64,000 nt of DNA from Spirochaetales bacterium (GTDB lineage Bacteria > Spirochaetota > Spirochaetia > JABEVK01), in assembly GCA_037142615.1 (NCBI GenBank), contig JBAXAI010000014.1, positions 28,545 to 92,544 on the forward strand, read 5' to 3'. Made by a program: the position numbers and the translations under genes. Shown here piece by piece: positions 10,064 to 19,195 of this stretch. The first letter of the stretch is position 1; each line of letters starts with the position of its first letter. Below the pieces are notes generated by a model that saw only the letters and a program-made list of their open reading frames with translations, did not search any database and was not told the origin of the DNA.

Positions 10064-11029
10064 TCAGCTGTGGTTGTTCGCCGCCTGCGTATGGGCCTTC
10101 CACGTGTCGGCCACCGCCACCTCGACCGGCGTGGCCTTCCAGCCAAAGCGGGCCTCAAACGCCGAAGCGTCGAGCGTGAAGGGTCGGTCAAACTGGTAGA
10201 GCATCTCGCCCAACTCGCGGATCATGGCGTCGAACAGGCCGAGCCCCTGCAACAGGATTTTGGGCAGAGTTCCCACTTTGACAGCGATTTGCGCCACCTG
10301 ACAGAACTGGGCGGTCATTTCGCGGGCGGTGAGCGGCCCCACACTGGGGCAGATCCACACCTGGCCCCAGGCGTCGGGGGTGAGCGCCACGTCGGCCAGC
10401 GCGCGGGCGTAGTCGGGCAGGTAGGTGTAGCAGTGCTTCGCGTCGGCGCTTCCCAAAAAGGCCACCGACTTACCGGCCTCGAACCCAGGGAAGAAGCGGC
10501 TGCCGAAGTGCGAGTTGCCAGATCTTGTTGCCCCGGGGCCAAAGTAGTCGCTGGCACGCACGGAAACGGCTTTGACCTTGCCGGCCTGGTGCTGAGCCAG
10601 CCACTGCTGGCTCAGTTTCAGGCGCAGCGCCCCCTTTCGCGTCGGCGGCACCTCGGCGGTCTTTTCGGTGAGGGGCAGGGTGCTAGCGTCGTACGAATAC
10701 AGGTTTTCGACGAACACGACGACGGCACCGGTTTTTTCGGCCACTTGCAGCACGGCGTCTTGCAGCGGAGGCAGGCCGACGGCCCATTGCGGATACGGTA
10801 GCCCGACCGCGTGGACGAGGATGGTGGCCCCTTCGGCGGCCCGGGCGAGGGCTACGGCGTCGCTGGCGTCGGCCTGCCGGGTTTCGATGGGCTGTGTGGC
10901 GCCGGGCAGGGTGACGGGCTTGCCGCTGCGGGTGACGAAGCGAACGCTTACGCCGCGCTTTTGAAACTCGGCGGCGGTGGCGAGCCCGACGGGGCCGGCA
11001 CCAAGAATAACGGCGAGAGAAGTGGCCAT
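10064..11029 (-). CDS. NAD-dependent epimerase/dehydratase (atypical SDR)
   Basis: ILGAGPVG, ENLYSY, TRKGALR, RASDYFGP. Confidence 0.85.
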   Translation of the reverse strand: MATSLAVILGAGPVGLATAAEFQKRGVSVRFVTRSGKPVTLPGATQPIETRQADASDAVALARAAEGATILVHAVGLPYPQWAVGLPPLQDAVLQVAEKTGAVVVFVENLYSYDASTLPLTEKTAEVPPTRKGALRLKLSQQWLAQHQAGKVKAVSVRASDYFGPGATRSGNSHFGSRFFPGFEAGKSVAFLGSADAKHCYTYLPDYARALADVALTPDAWGQVWICPSVGPLTAREMTAQFCQVAQIAVKVGTLPKILLQGLGLFDAMIRELGEMLYQFDRPFTLDASAFEARFGWKATPVEVAVADTWKAHTQAANNHS

Positions 11030-11040
11030 GAAATGCTCCT

Positions 11041-11092
11041 ATGTGGTCAGTGTCCACATCAACCTAACACTGTTTGTGGGCACTGTCAACAT
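11041..11092. promoter_or_regulatory. Two palindromic operators (probable TetR sites) in divergent intergenic region
   Basis: atgtggtcagtgtccacat (11041-11059) and ttgtgggcactgtcaacat (11074-11092). Confidence 0.65.
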
Positions 11093-11129
11093 CCTTGAAC
11101 AACTTTCGGTTTGGGTCTACGCTCAACGC

Positions 11130-11705
11130 ATGAATGTCCGCGAGACCTACCATCACGGTGACCTGCGAACGGCCCTTGTTTCCGAAGGGCTCAGGCAGCT
11201 CGAAGCCCACGGCGAGGCCGAACTCAGCTTGCGAGCGCTGGCCAAGACCGCCGGGGTTTCGCCCAACGCCCCCTACCGGCATTTTGCCGACAAGCGGGCC
11301 CTGCTAGCCGCGTTGGCTGCCGAAGGCTTCCGCCGTTTTGCCGAGGTCATCGCCGGTGCCGGGGCGGGGCAATTCCCGGTTGAGGTGCTGTTTGCGCAAG
11401 GCCGCGCGTACCTCGCGTTTGCCTCCGCCCAGCCCGAGTTGTATCGGCTGATGTTCAGTCCCTACGGCTATTCGCTCAACAGTGTGAGCTGCAAAACCGA
11501 GGCCGAGCGGGCCTTCGGAGCCTTGGTCGCGGCCACCGCACGGGCGCAGGCCACTGGCTGGAAGTCCCAGCACGGCCTGATGGCGGTGGCGCTGGCCTAC
11601 TGGGGCGGGCTGCACGGCACCGTCGGGCTCCTGGGCGACCGCCTGCTGCCGCCCGAAGTCGAGGCCCCCGACGTCGAAACCTGGTTGGAGGTGTATTTGT
11701 CATGA
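11130..11705 (+). CDS. TetR family regulator (WHG-type C-terminus)
   Basis: YHHGDLR, LSLRALAKTAGVSPNAPYRHF, WGGLHG. Confidence 0.92.
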   Translation: MNVRETYHHGDLRTALVSEGLRQLEAHGEAELSLRALAKTAGVSPNAPYRHFADKRALLAALAAEGFRRFAEVIAGAGAGQFPVEVLFAQGRAYLAFASAQPELYRLMFSPYGYSLNSVSCKTEAERAFGALVAATARAQATGWKSQHGLMAVALAYWGGLHGTVGLLGDRLLPPEVEAPDVETWLEVYLS

Positions 11706-12295
11706 AACTCCCGCTGACTCCCGTCGAAGTGACCGTGCCACCGTTGCCGTACTTTGTGGTCGAGGGCCAGGGCGACCCGAACGGCCCTGACTTTCAGCAG
11801 GCCGTGGAAGCGCTCTACGCGCTGGCCTATGGGGTGCGCATGGCCCCGAAAAACAAGTTGGAACTCGCCGGGTGGGTGGAGTTCAAGGTGTTCCCTCTCG
11901 AGGGGGTTTGGGACCTCATCGTGCCGGAGTCGGGCCCGGTGAGGCTCGACAACCTGAAGTACCGCGCCATGATCCGCCAGCCGGACTTTTTGGACGAGGC
12001 CGCGGCCGCACAGGTTCTCGCTGCTGTCCGTGCGAAAAAGAAGTTGCCGCGTCTGGCTGGCGCCACGTTCGAACGCCTTGCCGACGGCCGCTGCGTCGAG
12101 ATGCTCCACTTGGGCCCCTTTGCCAACGAGCCATCGACCTTTCTCAAAATGCGCGACTTTTGCCGCAAAGAAAGCCTGGCCCGCGTGGGCAAAACCCACC
12201 GTGAAATCTACCTCAGCGATCCGCGCAAGACCGAGCCCGACAAGCTTAAGACCCTGCTGCGGTTCCCCGTCCGCGACGACTACTCGTGCATCTGA
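11702..12295 (+). CDS. GyrI-like small-molecule-binding domain protein
   Basis: GQGDPN, PLEGVW, MLHLGPF, HREIYLSDPRK. Confidence 0.88.
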   Translation: MKLPLTPVEVTVPPLPYFVVEGQGDPNGPDFQQAVEALYALAYGVRMAPKNKLELAGWVEFKVFPLEGVWDLIVPESGPVRLDNLKYRAMIRQPDFLDEAAAAQVLAAVRAKKKLPRLAGATFERLADGRCVEMLHLGPFANEPSTFLKMRDFCRKESLARVGKTHREIYLSDPRKTEPDKLKTLLRFPVRDDYSCI

Positions 12296-13671
12296 AGGCG
12301 CAGGAACGACGCTTCATCGATCTCGTTCAGGCGATGGGTCACGTAAATCAAGGTGTGGTCAGGATTCTGGGCCCACAAGGCGACCCGGTTGAGGAACCGT
12401 TGCTGAGCGGCGGGATCGAGGCCCTGACACGGTTCGTCGAGCAGCAGGAGTTTCTGACCCGCGACCAAGGCTCGGGCCAGCAAGAGCAGCCGCTGGGTTC
12501 CCCAGCTGAGGTCTTCCCACAGCGCCAGGGCCGCCGCTTCGAGGCCCCACTCGGCGGCCAGGAGGCGGCAGGCGTTGACCTCGCTCCACCGGGGTTCGGT
12601 CCAAAGGCCAATGGTGCCGGCAAAACCCGAGGCCATCACCTCGAGGCCGGTGGTTCGTGCCAGCCGTCGAAACCCGAGGTGGGCCGAGTAGCTCACCAGC
12701 GCCACTTCCTGGCGCAGTTCGTCGAGCGTCAACTCGGGCCCGCGCCGACGACCGGCGATGCGCACGTCGTTGCAAAACACCTGCGGGTGGTCCCCGGCGA
12801 TGAGCGCCATCAGCGTGCTCTTGCCACTGCCGTTAGGGCCGGTCACCAGCCAGCGTTCGCCCCGGCGCACCGTCCAGGTAAAGTCTTTGAGCACCGCGAG
12901 ATCGCCGTAGCCGGCGTTGACGTGGCGGAACTCGAGCACCGGTTCGGTGTCCAGCGGGGCGGCCTTGCCCACCGACAAGCGGCCGGCTCCGGGTTCTGTC
13001 GGGGTTGGTGTCGTCTTCGCCCCCCCGCCCACAGGCGAGTGCAGCGACCACCGGCGTTGTAGGCCCGTTGGCGCCAAGTCGGCCCGTTGGGTCAAAAACG
13101 CGAGGTCGGTGCCGCCCGCTGGTGAGTCCGGCGACTGCGCCTCTTCGAGCCGCGCCCGCAGCAACGCCACTCCGTCGGCATCCAGGCCTTCGAACGGTTC
13201 ATCGAGCAACAGGAACGGAAGTTTTTGCCTCCAGGCGCGGGCCAAACACGCGCGCCGGAGTTCGCCCGTCGAGAGGTTCTTGAGGCCCCTGTCGGCTTTT
13301 TCGGCCAGGCCGAACCGCGCGAGCAAAGCCTCGTCGCCGACAAACTCGCGCACCAGGGTTCCGGGGTCGGGACTGTCGCGGTAGTCGCTGTCGTCGAGCT
13401 CGCGTTCGCGATCAACGAGCAGGCGCTGGCGTTCAAAGCCGATCCAGGCCTCCTCGGCCCGCGAAAGCTCGCTGTGCCGCTCAAACAGGCCCGCGACCGC
13501 ATCCAGGTGCCCGGTGAACAGCGCCACCAGCGCCGACTTGCCGCTGCCGTTGGGCCCTTCGATGACCCAGCTTTCGCCACGACGCCAGGTCCAGGTGAGG
13601 TTCTCGACCAGCCGGTGGCGCCAGTCGCCGATGGTGCAACTTTCCAGTTTCACCCAGGTTTCGGCGTTCAA
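12280..13671 (-). CDS. ModF-like double ABC ATPase
   Basis: Two Walker A GPNGSGKS, LSTGE, LLLDEP twice; TTG start overlapping upstream stop (TTGA). Confidence 0.8.
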   Translation of the reverse strand: MNAETWVKLESCTIGDWRHRLVENLTWTWRRGESWVIEGPNGSGKSALVALFTGHLDAVAGLFERHSELSRAEEAWIGFERQRLLVDRERELDDSDYRDSPDPGTLVREFVGDEALLARFGLAEKADRGLKNLSTGELRRACLARAWRQKLPFLLLDEPFEGLDADGVALLRARLEEAQSPDSPAGGTDLAFLTQRADLAPTGLQRRWSLHSPVGGGAKTTPTPTEPGAGRLSVGKAAPLDTEPVLEFRHVNAGYGDLAVLKDFTWTVRRGERWLVTGPNGSGKSTLMALIAGDHPQVFCNDVRIAGRRRGPELTLDELRQEVALVSYSAHLGFRRLARTTGLEVMASGFAGTIGLWTEPRWSEVNACRLLAAEWGLEAAALALWEDLSWGTQRLLLLARALVAGQKLLLLDEPCQGLDPAAQQRFLNRVALWAQNPDHTLIYVTHRLNEIDEASFLRLQMHE

Positions 13672-15305
13672 AAGATCCTCGGGAACAGGCCGCCGGTACG
13701 CTCGCGGTAGGCCCCGTAGTCGGGGTAGCGCGCGGCCAGCCAGCGCTCCTCGAGGCGGCTCTTGAACAGGAACACCACGATCAGGGCCAACGTCAGTGCC
13801 AGCAGAACCGGGTCTTTCCACAGCAGGGTCCAGGCCGTGAGCAGGCCGATCAGCGCGGTGTAAATGGGATGCCGCAGCACGCGGTAGGGGCCCGACTGCA
13901 CCAGTTGTGAGGTTGCCAACGGTTGGGGAAGGGCCGTCAGGTTCTTGCCCAGCGTGAGCACGGACCACGCCGCCAAGGCGCCCGAAAGGGCGGCCAGTAC
14001 CAGCGCCGCAACGAGTTCCCAGCCCGACCAAGCTGGACCCCAAACGAGGTGGCCCGGGAACTCGCGAGCGGCCCAGGGCCAGACCACGGCGACACCGAGC
14101 ACGCCAAACTGCGCTGCGACAAAGTCGGCTCCCGAGCGAAGGGGACGCTCTTTCCCTGGCTCCGTTCGGTGGTGCCAGCGCCTCGCGAGCGCAAACGGCA
14201 GCCAGAACAGGGTAAAGACTGCCGCAGCAAGGAGTTCGAACCCAACGATGTAGCCGGGCGAAGGGCCAAAGACCCGGGCCAGCAGGTCGACAGGGCTGCC
14301 TTCGGGCGGCGGAAAACTCAGCACGAAGTAATTGCCCGGGTCGTGCGGGGGCAGCCACACCAGCGCCGCGTTGAGCAGCGCGATCGGAACCAGCAGCACG
14401 TTCGTGACCAGCAGCACCCGGCCCAGCGCTCCCAGCGTGATGGCCTGTTTGCGCTCAGCGGCCAGCGCTGCGACGCTCACCAAAATCAGCCCGTGCGACA
14501 GGAAGAACGACACATAGCGCAGCGTGGGAAAGCCGGCCGCCCCCAGGTCGGGCGTCAGGAGCGCGATCAGGGCACCGCCGGTACCCCAAAACCAGACCAC
14601 TTCGACCAACCGACGCCGCCAGCGGCCTTCGGGCATCAGGAGGGCGAACGGCAGCACGAGGATGCTCAGGCCGCACAACTGCACCATGAGCGAGCCGTAC
14701 ACGCTCCAGCCACCCTGCAAGAACCATACCGACTGGTACACGATTTCGTTGCCCCACAACAAGATCGCCAAGGTCCAGGCCATGCGGCGTGGCAACGCGC
14801 TCCGTTTGGTGACGCTGACAAAACTCGCGACCACCAGCACGAGGACGGCCAGCAGGGGGAACAGGTGCTGCGGCGAAAAGCTGCGGAAGGCTCCGGCTTC
14901 GGCGCCGGCGTTGACCGTGACCTGCCGGGGAGCCGTGCGAAGGGTTTGGCCGCCGGTGCTGGTCGCCTCGGCGACGAGCGTCCACTCGCCTGCGGCAAAA
15001 ACCTCGAGGTGACCCTTCCAGCGGGCCAAGGGCAGCGCGGACCCTCCCCCGTGAACGACGATCCGCTGCATCTCGGCCGACACTTCGGTTCCGGGCGCGC
15101 TCGCCGTCACGGTCACCTTGGCCAGAGCTTGGGGCCCCGGCGCGAACCAGGCGTCGCCGGCGAGGTCGATCCCGAAGCCCACCGTCTCACCAGCTGCCGG
15201 GTTGGCCAGCCTCACGCCCTCGGGCGTGCCCAGGGCGACGCTGAAGCCCAACGCGAGCGCCAACAGGCCCGCGAGACCGACGCCCAGGAACCAGCGATGG
15301 CCCAT
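13668..15305 (-). CDS. Membrane fusion protein: Ig-like N-domain + YwaF/TIGR02206-like + isoprenylcysteine carboxylmethyltransferase (ICMT/PEMT) domain
   Basis: FSPQHL, VQLCGLS, ALLTPDL, FFLSHG, GNYF (YwaF-like); LVQSGPYRVLRHPIY...EERWL...YGAYR (ICMT). Confidence 0.75.
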   Translation of the reverse strand: MGHRWFLGVGLAGLLALALGFSVALGTPEGVRLANPAAGETVGFGIDLAGDAWFAPGPQALAKVTVTASAPGTEVSAEMQRIVVHGGGSALPLARWKGHLEVFAAGEWTLVAEATSTGGQTLRTAPRQVTVNAGAEAGAFRSFSPQHLFPLLAVLVLVVASFVSVTKRSALPRRMAWTLAILLWGNEIVYQSVWFLQGGWSVYGSLMVQLCGLSILVLPFALLMPEGRWRRRLVEVVWFWGTGGALIALLTPDLGAAGFPTLRYVSFFLSHGLILVSVAALAAERKQAITLGALGRVLLVTNVLLVPIALLNAALVWLPPHDPGNYFVLSFPPPEGSPVDLLARVFGPSPGYIVGFELLAAAVFTLFWLPFALARRWHHRTEPGKERPLRSGADFVAAQFGVLGVAVVWPWAAREFPGHLVWGPAWSGWELVAALVLAALSGALAAWSVLTLGKNLTALPQPLATSQLVQSGPYRVLRHPIYTALIGLLTAWTLLWKDPVLLALTLALIVVFLFKSRLEERWLAARYPDYGAYRERTGGLFPRIF

Positions 15306-15306
15306 G

Positions 15307-15747
15307 TCAGTCGGCCTTCATGGCTGAATAGACGACAACGGGGCCGTCGCCGAGCCGCCACTCCAGCACTGCAATCTTGCGCACGGTCGATCGGTGCAAC
15401 TGGTAGTTGACCTCCGGCTTTTCTCCCGGTGGAAGCTGCGTCAGGACGATCGGGAACACGTCGGTCTTGCCGTCCAGAAAGTCGCTGAGCGCCACGGTCG
15501 AGTAGCCGGCACCGTACGGGCGCTGGTCAAAGGCGCCTTCGATGAGCACCAGGGCCTTCACGGTCCCGCGCTTGGCCGATGGCACCACATGAGCAATCTC
15601 GGCCGAGGTGGGCGGTCCCCGGCTGATCGTGAGTTTGTAGCCGTCACCTTCGACGCTCAGGCAGACGAAGTGCACCACAGAAGAGGTCTGTGCCGTGGCG
15701 GGCAAGGTGACCAAAAGCAGAAGAATAAAGGACAGGCAGCGGATCAT
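15307..15747 (-). CDS. Hypothetical secreted protein
   Basis: Signal peptide MIRCLSF...ATA; 1 bp gap to next gene. Confidence 0.6.
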   Translation of the reverse strand: MIRCLSFILLLLVTLPATAQTSSVVHFVCLSVEGDGYKLTISRGPPTSAEIAHVVPSAKRGTVKALVLIEGAFDQRPYGAGYSTVALSDFLDGKTDVFPIVLTQLPPGEKPEVNYQLHRSTVRKIAVLEWRLGDGPVVVYSAMKAD

Positions 15748-15863
15748 TCCCTCACCGTGCCTGAGTCGGCTGTCGGACGTCAAGTGTCGTGCGGGAGCAG
15801 CCAAGGAGAATGGAGATTTGACGAAAAACTGTTGACTGACCTAAACTTCCTGAGGAGGAAACT

Positions 15864-17012
15864 ATGGACCATCGTGTTTTTCAACGTCCGCTCCGGATCT
15901 TGATCGGTGCCACGTTCGTGGCCATCTTCGCCGCTTCGTGCAGCCTTTTTGGCGGGGGCACCGTTAATCTCAAGGTGTCGGTCACGCCACCCACGGCGTC
16001 GCGCGCCTTGATGGCCAGATCGGCCGAGGGAGCCCGAGCGCTGACTGTCCCGCCCGCCTCGCAGACGCTCGCCACCTTCACTCCCGACAGCCTCAAGGTG
16101 CGCCTCGTCGCAGTCACCATCGCCAAGCAGATGACTTTTGACACTTCTGCCGGTGGCTTGGTGGCCGGTGATGCCCCTCAGGCGCTCCTGTTCAACAAGC
16201 CCGACTGGATTACCCTTACCCCGGCGGCGACGACCACCGACGCCTTCGACGTGTCGCCTTCGCTCCCCTTGGGCTCACCCACTCAGTTTGGCGGCGTTCT
16301 GATTTGCTACGGTGACGGCGCCACTCCCAACGATCCGCCACCCTACAGCAGCCACGTGAAGGTGACGGGGACCTACAGCGTCGCGGGCGAGACACACACC
16401 GTCACTGATCTCTTGCTTTCCTGGGGCACCACCGGGATCGGGCTCAATATGCCCTCGCTGATCGACACGAGCACGGGCGACGTTCCCGTTGTGCGGCTGG
16501 TCTTCGATCTTGATGACTCGGTCTTGGTCAAGAAGGACAGCGTGGGCGGAGGCGACTGGGTGGAAGATCCGAACAATCCCGGTTTCTTCCTCAGCCTGAA
16601 CAGTCTGCTCTTTGTGCCCTACGTTGGTTCCAAGGTGCCAACCGTTGAAAAGTTCGCGGTCGACCTCGACCCGACCCTGACCAGCTACGACCCCGACCAA
16701 TGGTTCCTGCGGGTCGTCCTCTTTTTCGACGGGACGAACTTGGCCGGAGGCGGCTTCCGGACAGCTGCGCGCTTGGGCAACACGCTCACTTCCATCACGT
16801 TTAGTCCCGGAACGCTGTACTTCCCGAAGTTGACTGGCAATACCGACGGCACCTGGAAGATCGACTCGGAAGACTATGGCAGAGGACCCTCTTCCAACGT
16901 GGTGTTCCCGGCGTTCGGCACGGGCACGACAGGCAGCGGAACCTTGCAGTACTCCCCCTTCGGTGCCGCGACGCCGCAGACTTTGGCCTACACCGCAACG
17001 AAGCTCAACTGA
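15864..17012 (+). CDS. Hypothetical lipoprotein
   Basis: RBS GAGGAGG; lipobox FAASC; beta-rich. Confidence 0.75.
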   Translation: MDHRVFQRPLRILIGATFVAIFAASCSLFGGGTVNLKVSVTPPTASRALMARSAEGARALTVPPASQTLATFTPDSLKVRLVAVTIAKQMTFDTSAGGLVAGDAPQALLFNKPDWITLTPAATTTDAFDVSPSLPLGSPTQFGGVLICYGDGATPNDPPPYSSHVKVTGTYSVAGETHTVTDLLLSWGTTGIGLNMPSLIDTSTGDVPVVRLVFDLDDSVLVKKDSVGGGDWVEDPNNPGFFLSLNSLLFVPYVGSKVPTVEKFAVDLDPTLTSYDPDQWFLRVVLFFDGTNLAGGGFRTAARLGNTLTSITFSPGTLYFPKLTGNTDGTWKIDSEDYGRGPSSNVVFPAFGTGTTGSGTLQYSPFGAATPQTLAYTATKLN

Positions 17013-17052
17013 CGGCTTGACAACCCGGGGGTCAGGCAGGATTCTAGACGGC

Positions 17053-17916
17053 ATGAATGTCTTCAGCCGTAGTTGGAACCTGACCAAACTGACCTTCGGG
17101 GTCATCAACAAAGACAAGGAGTTGCTGGTTTTCGCGCTCCTGTCCTTTGTCTTTTCGGCCGCCTACTCGGTGGCCATGATTTACCCGGCAATTCTGCCCT
17201 ACCTCGCCGACACCAACTGGAGCGAAGAGACCCACATGTGGGTGCAGATCGGGGTTGTGTTTGCCACCTACTTTGGGCTTGCCATCATCGCGACGTTTTT
17301 CAACGTCTGCGTGGTCTTTACGGCCAAAACCCGTTTTGAGGGTGGCAACGCCACCTTCGCGCAGAGCTTGGGGTTCGCCTTTTCGCGCTTTGGCCGCATC
17401 CTTCAGTGGAGCCTCGTGTCGGCGACGGTCGGACTGCTGTTGTGGCTGATCCAGGAAGCTGCGTCCAAACTCGGCAAAGTGGGCAAGTTCATCGGCGGCC
17501 TGCTTACCGGCCTGCTCGGCGCCGCTTGGAGTGTGATCACGCTTTTTGTGGTTCCCGTGATGGTGTACGAAAACAAGGGGCCTTTCGCCTCGATCAAGAA
17601 GTCGGTCGATGTGATCGCCAAGACCTGGGGCGAAAGCCTGGTGAAGGGAATCGGCTTGGGTTTGGTTCAGTTTCTCGTTTACGTGCTGCTGCTGGCGGCC
17701 ACGGGGGCTGGCGTGTATTACCTGTACGACGCCAATAACCTGACCGCCGTATGGGTCACGCTGGGTACCGGGGTCGCGGTTCTGCTTTTGGCGATTCTGG
17801 TGTTCTCGGTGGCCAGCACCGTGTTCAACACGGCGCTGTACGTGTTCGCCGAGACGGGCAAGGTATCCAACGGCTTCAATGCCGAAACCCTTGGCGGCGC
17901 TGTCCGAAAAGCCTAA
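17053..17916 (+). CDS. Conserved membrane protein (DUF6159-like)
   Basis: FSRSW...DKELLVF, SIKKS...KTWGE, FNTALY. Confidence 0.7.
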   Translation: MNVFSRSWNLTKLTFGVINKDKELLVFALLSFVFSAAYSVAMIYPAILPYLADTNWSEETHMWVQIGVVFATYFGLAIIATFFNVCVVFTAKTRFEGGNATFAQSLGFAFSRFGRILQWSLVSATVGLLLWLIQEAASKLGKVGKFIGGLLTGLLGAAWSVITLFVVPVMVYENKGPFASIKKSVDVIAKTWGESLVKGIGLGLVQFLVYVLLLAATGAGVYYLYDANNLTAVWVTLGTGVAVLLLAILVFSVASTVFNTALYVFAETGKVSNGFNAETLGGAVRKA

Positions 17917-17928
17917 CCGGTTGCCGGC

Positions 17929-19131
17929 TTATTTCATCTGGGCCGCAAGCGAACGGAAGAACTCGATCGACTGGAGTTCCATGTCGTCGCCGTCCTTGTT
18001 GTAGTCCTGATAGGCTGCTGTTCGGGCGATCACGATTCCTGTGGCCGGTGAAACGTAAATGGCTTGCCCGTAGATCCCGATGGCCAGAAAGTCGCTTTGA
18101 TCGCCTTCGGGCACCCACCACTGGTAACCGTAGCCCAGCACCCAACTCGAGCTGTCGCGTTTGCCGGGCATGAGGTGGGGAGCGTCGGGCGTCACCGAGG
18201 CTTTCACCCAGTCCGCCGGGACCACTTGCACCCCGTTCCAGTTGCCTTGGTGAAGGTACAGCCGCCCAAACCGCGCGTAGTCGCGAAGCACCGCGTTGAA
18301 GCCTCCAAAGGCCGCCTCCATGCCGGCACCGTCGATGAGCCAGGCAGCGTCGGCCTCCATGCCCAGAGGCTTCCACAACTGTTCCTCGGTCAGCGCTGTC
18401 AAAGTCCTGCCCGTGGCTTTTGTCAGAACCATTCCGAGGACCTGGGTATCCATGCTCACGTAGTGGTTGAAGGTGCCCGGCTTGCGGCCGTTCTTGAGGC
18501 CCGCGACGAAGTTCGCCAACGGCAGGTCGAGCGCAAAGTAGCGGCCCATGGCGTTGATGTCGCTGTTGAAATCGCCGTAGTCCTCGTTGAAGGTGATGCC
18601 CGACGACATTTGCAGCACGTCCTTAAGGCGCACCAGGCCGTACCCGGAGTCGCGAAGCTCGGGCACGTACTGGGCCACCGGGTCGTCCAAACTGGTGATT
18701 TTGCCCTGGCCGACGGCAATGCCGAACAGGGCCGACAGCAGCGACTTGCTTACAGACCACGCGATGGCGCGAGAGGTTTCGGTGTTGCCGCGGAAGTAGT
18801 TCTCATACAGGATGGTATCGTCGCGGACGACGATCAGCCCGGTGGTGTTGGTCTTGTCGATAAAGGCCTGAACCGGCAAATCTTTGCCTTGCCACGAGTA
18901 ATTGATGGGTAGGGGCCGGGCCGTGCGCTGGAAGGTCCACGGGGCGGGGCTCTTGGGCACCGTGCGCGAGGCAAGCTGGGTGTCCATCGTGCGGAAGTTG
19001 ACGTCGATCTCGGGCGTCTCAAACAGGTTCAACACGTGGACAAGCCGGCGCACAGGGTCGTACACCAGCATCGAGCCGACCACCACCGCAACGGCCACGA
19101 TGGCCCACAGGATTCTCGTTCGAGTTTTCAT
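17929..19131 (-). CDS. Serine hydrolase, class C beta-lactamase / 6-aminohexanoate-dimer hydrolase family
   Basis: SVSK (SxxK), LQMSSG, YVSMDT, YGYQWW, GIYGQ. Confidence 0.88.
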   Translation of the reverse strand: MKTRTRILWAIVAVAVVVGSMLVYDPVRRLVHVLNLFETPEIDVNFRTMDTQLASRTVPKSPAPWTFQRTARPLPINYSWQGKDLPVQAFIDKTNTTGLIVVRDDTILYENYFRGNTETSRAIAWSVSKSLLSALFGIAVGQGKITSLDDPVAQYVPELRDSGYGLVRLKDVLQMSSGITFNEDYGDFNSDINAMGRYFALDLPLANFVAGLKNGRKPGTFNHYVSMDTQVLGMVLTKATGRTLTALTEEQLWKPLGMEADAAWLIDGAGMEAAFGGFNAVLRDYARFGRLYLHQGNWNGVQVVPADWVKASVTPDAPHLMPGKRDSSSWVLGYGYQWWVPEGDQSDFLAIGIYGQAIYVSPATGIVIARTAAYQDYNKDGDDMELQSIEFFRSLAAQMK

Positions 19132-19195
19132 GAACGCCAGTATACGCCGGGTGTCGGCAGCTGTCACCGGGAATCCGCACCGAGGGGAATCGAGT

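Noticed and set aside
6976-10191. 1071-aa ORF as one giant protein
   Set aside because: The N-terminal third is an off-frame read of the EamA gene; SulP homology starts at 9183.
12280-14358. 692-aa ORF as a long ABC fusion
   Set aside because: The upstream part overlaps the ICMT domain in another frame; a TTG start at 13671 fits.
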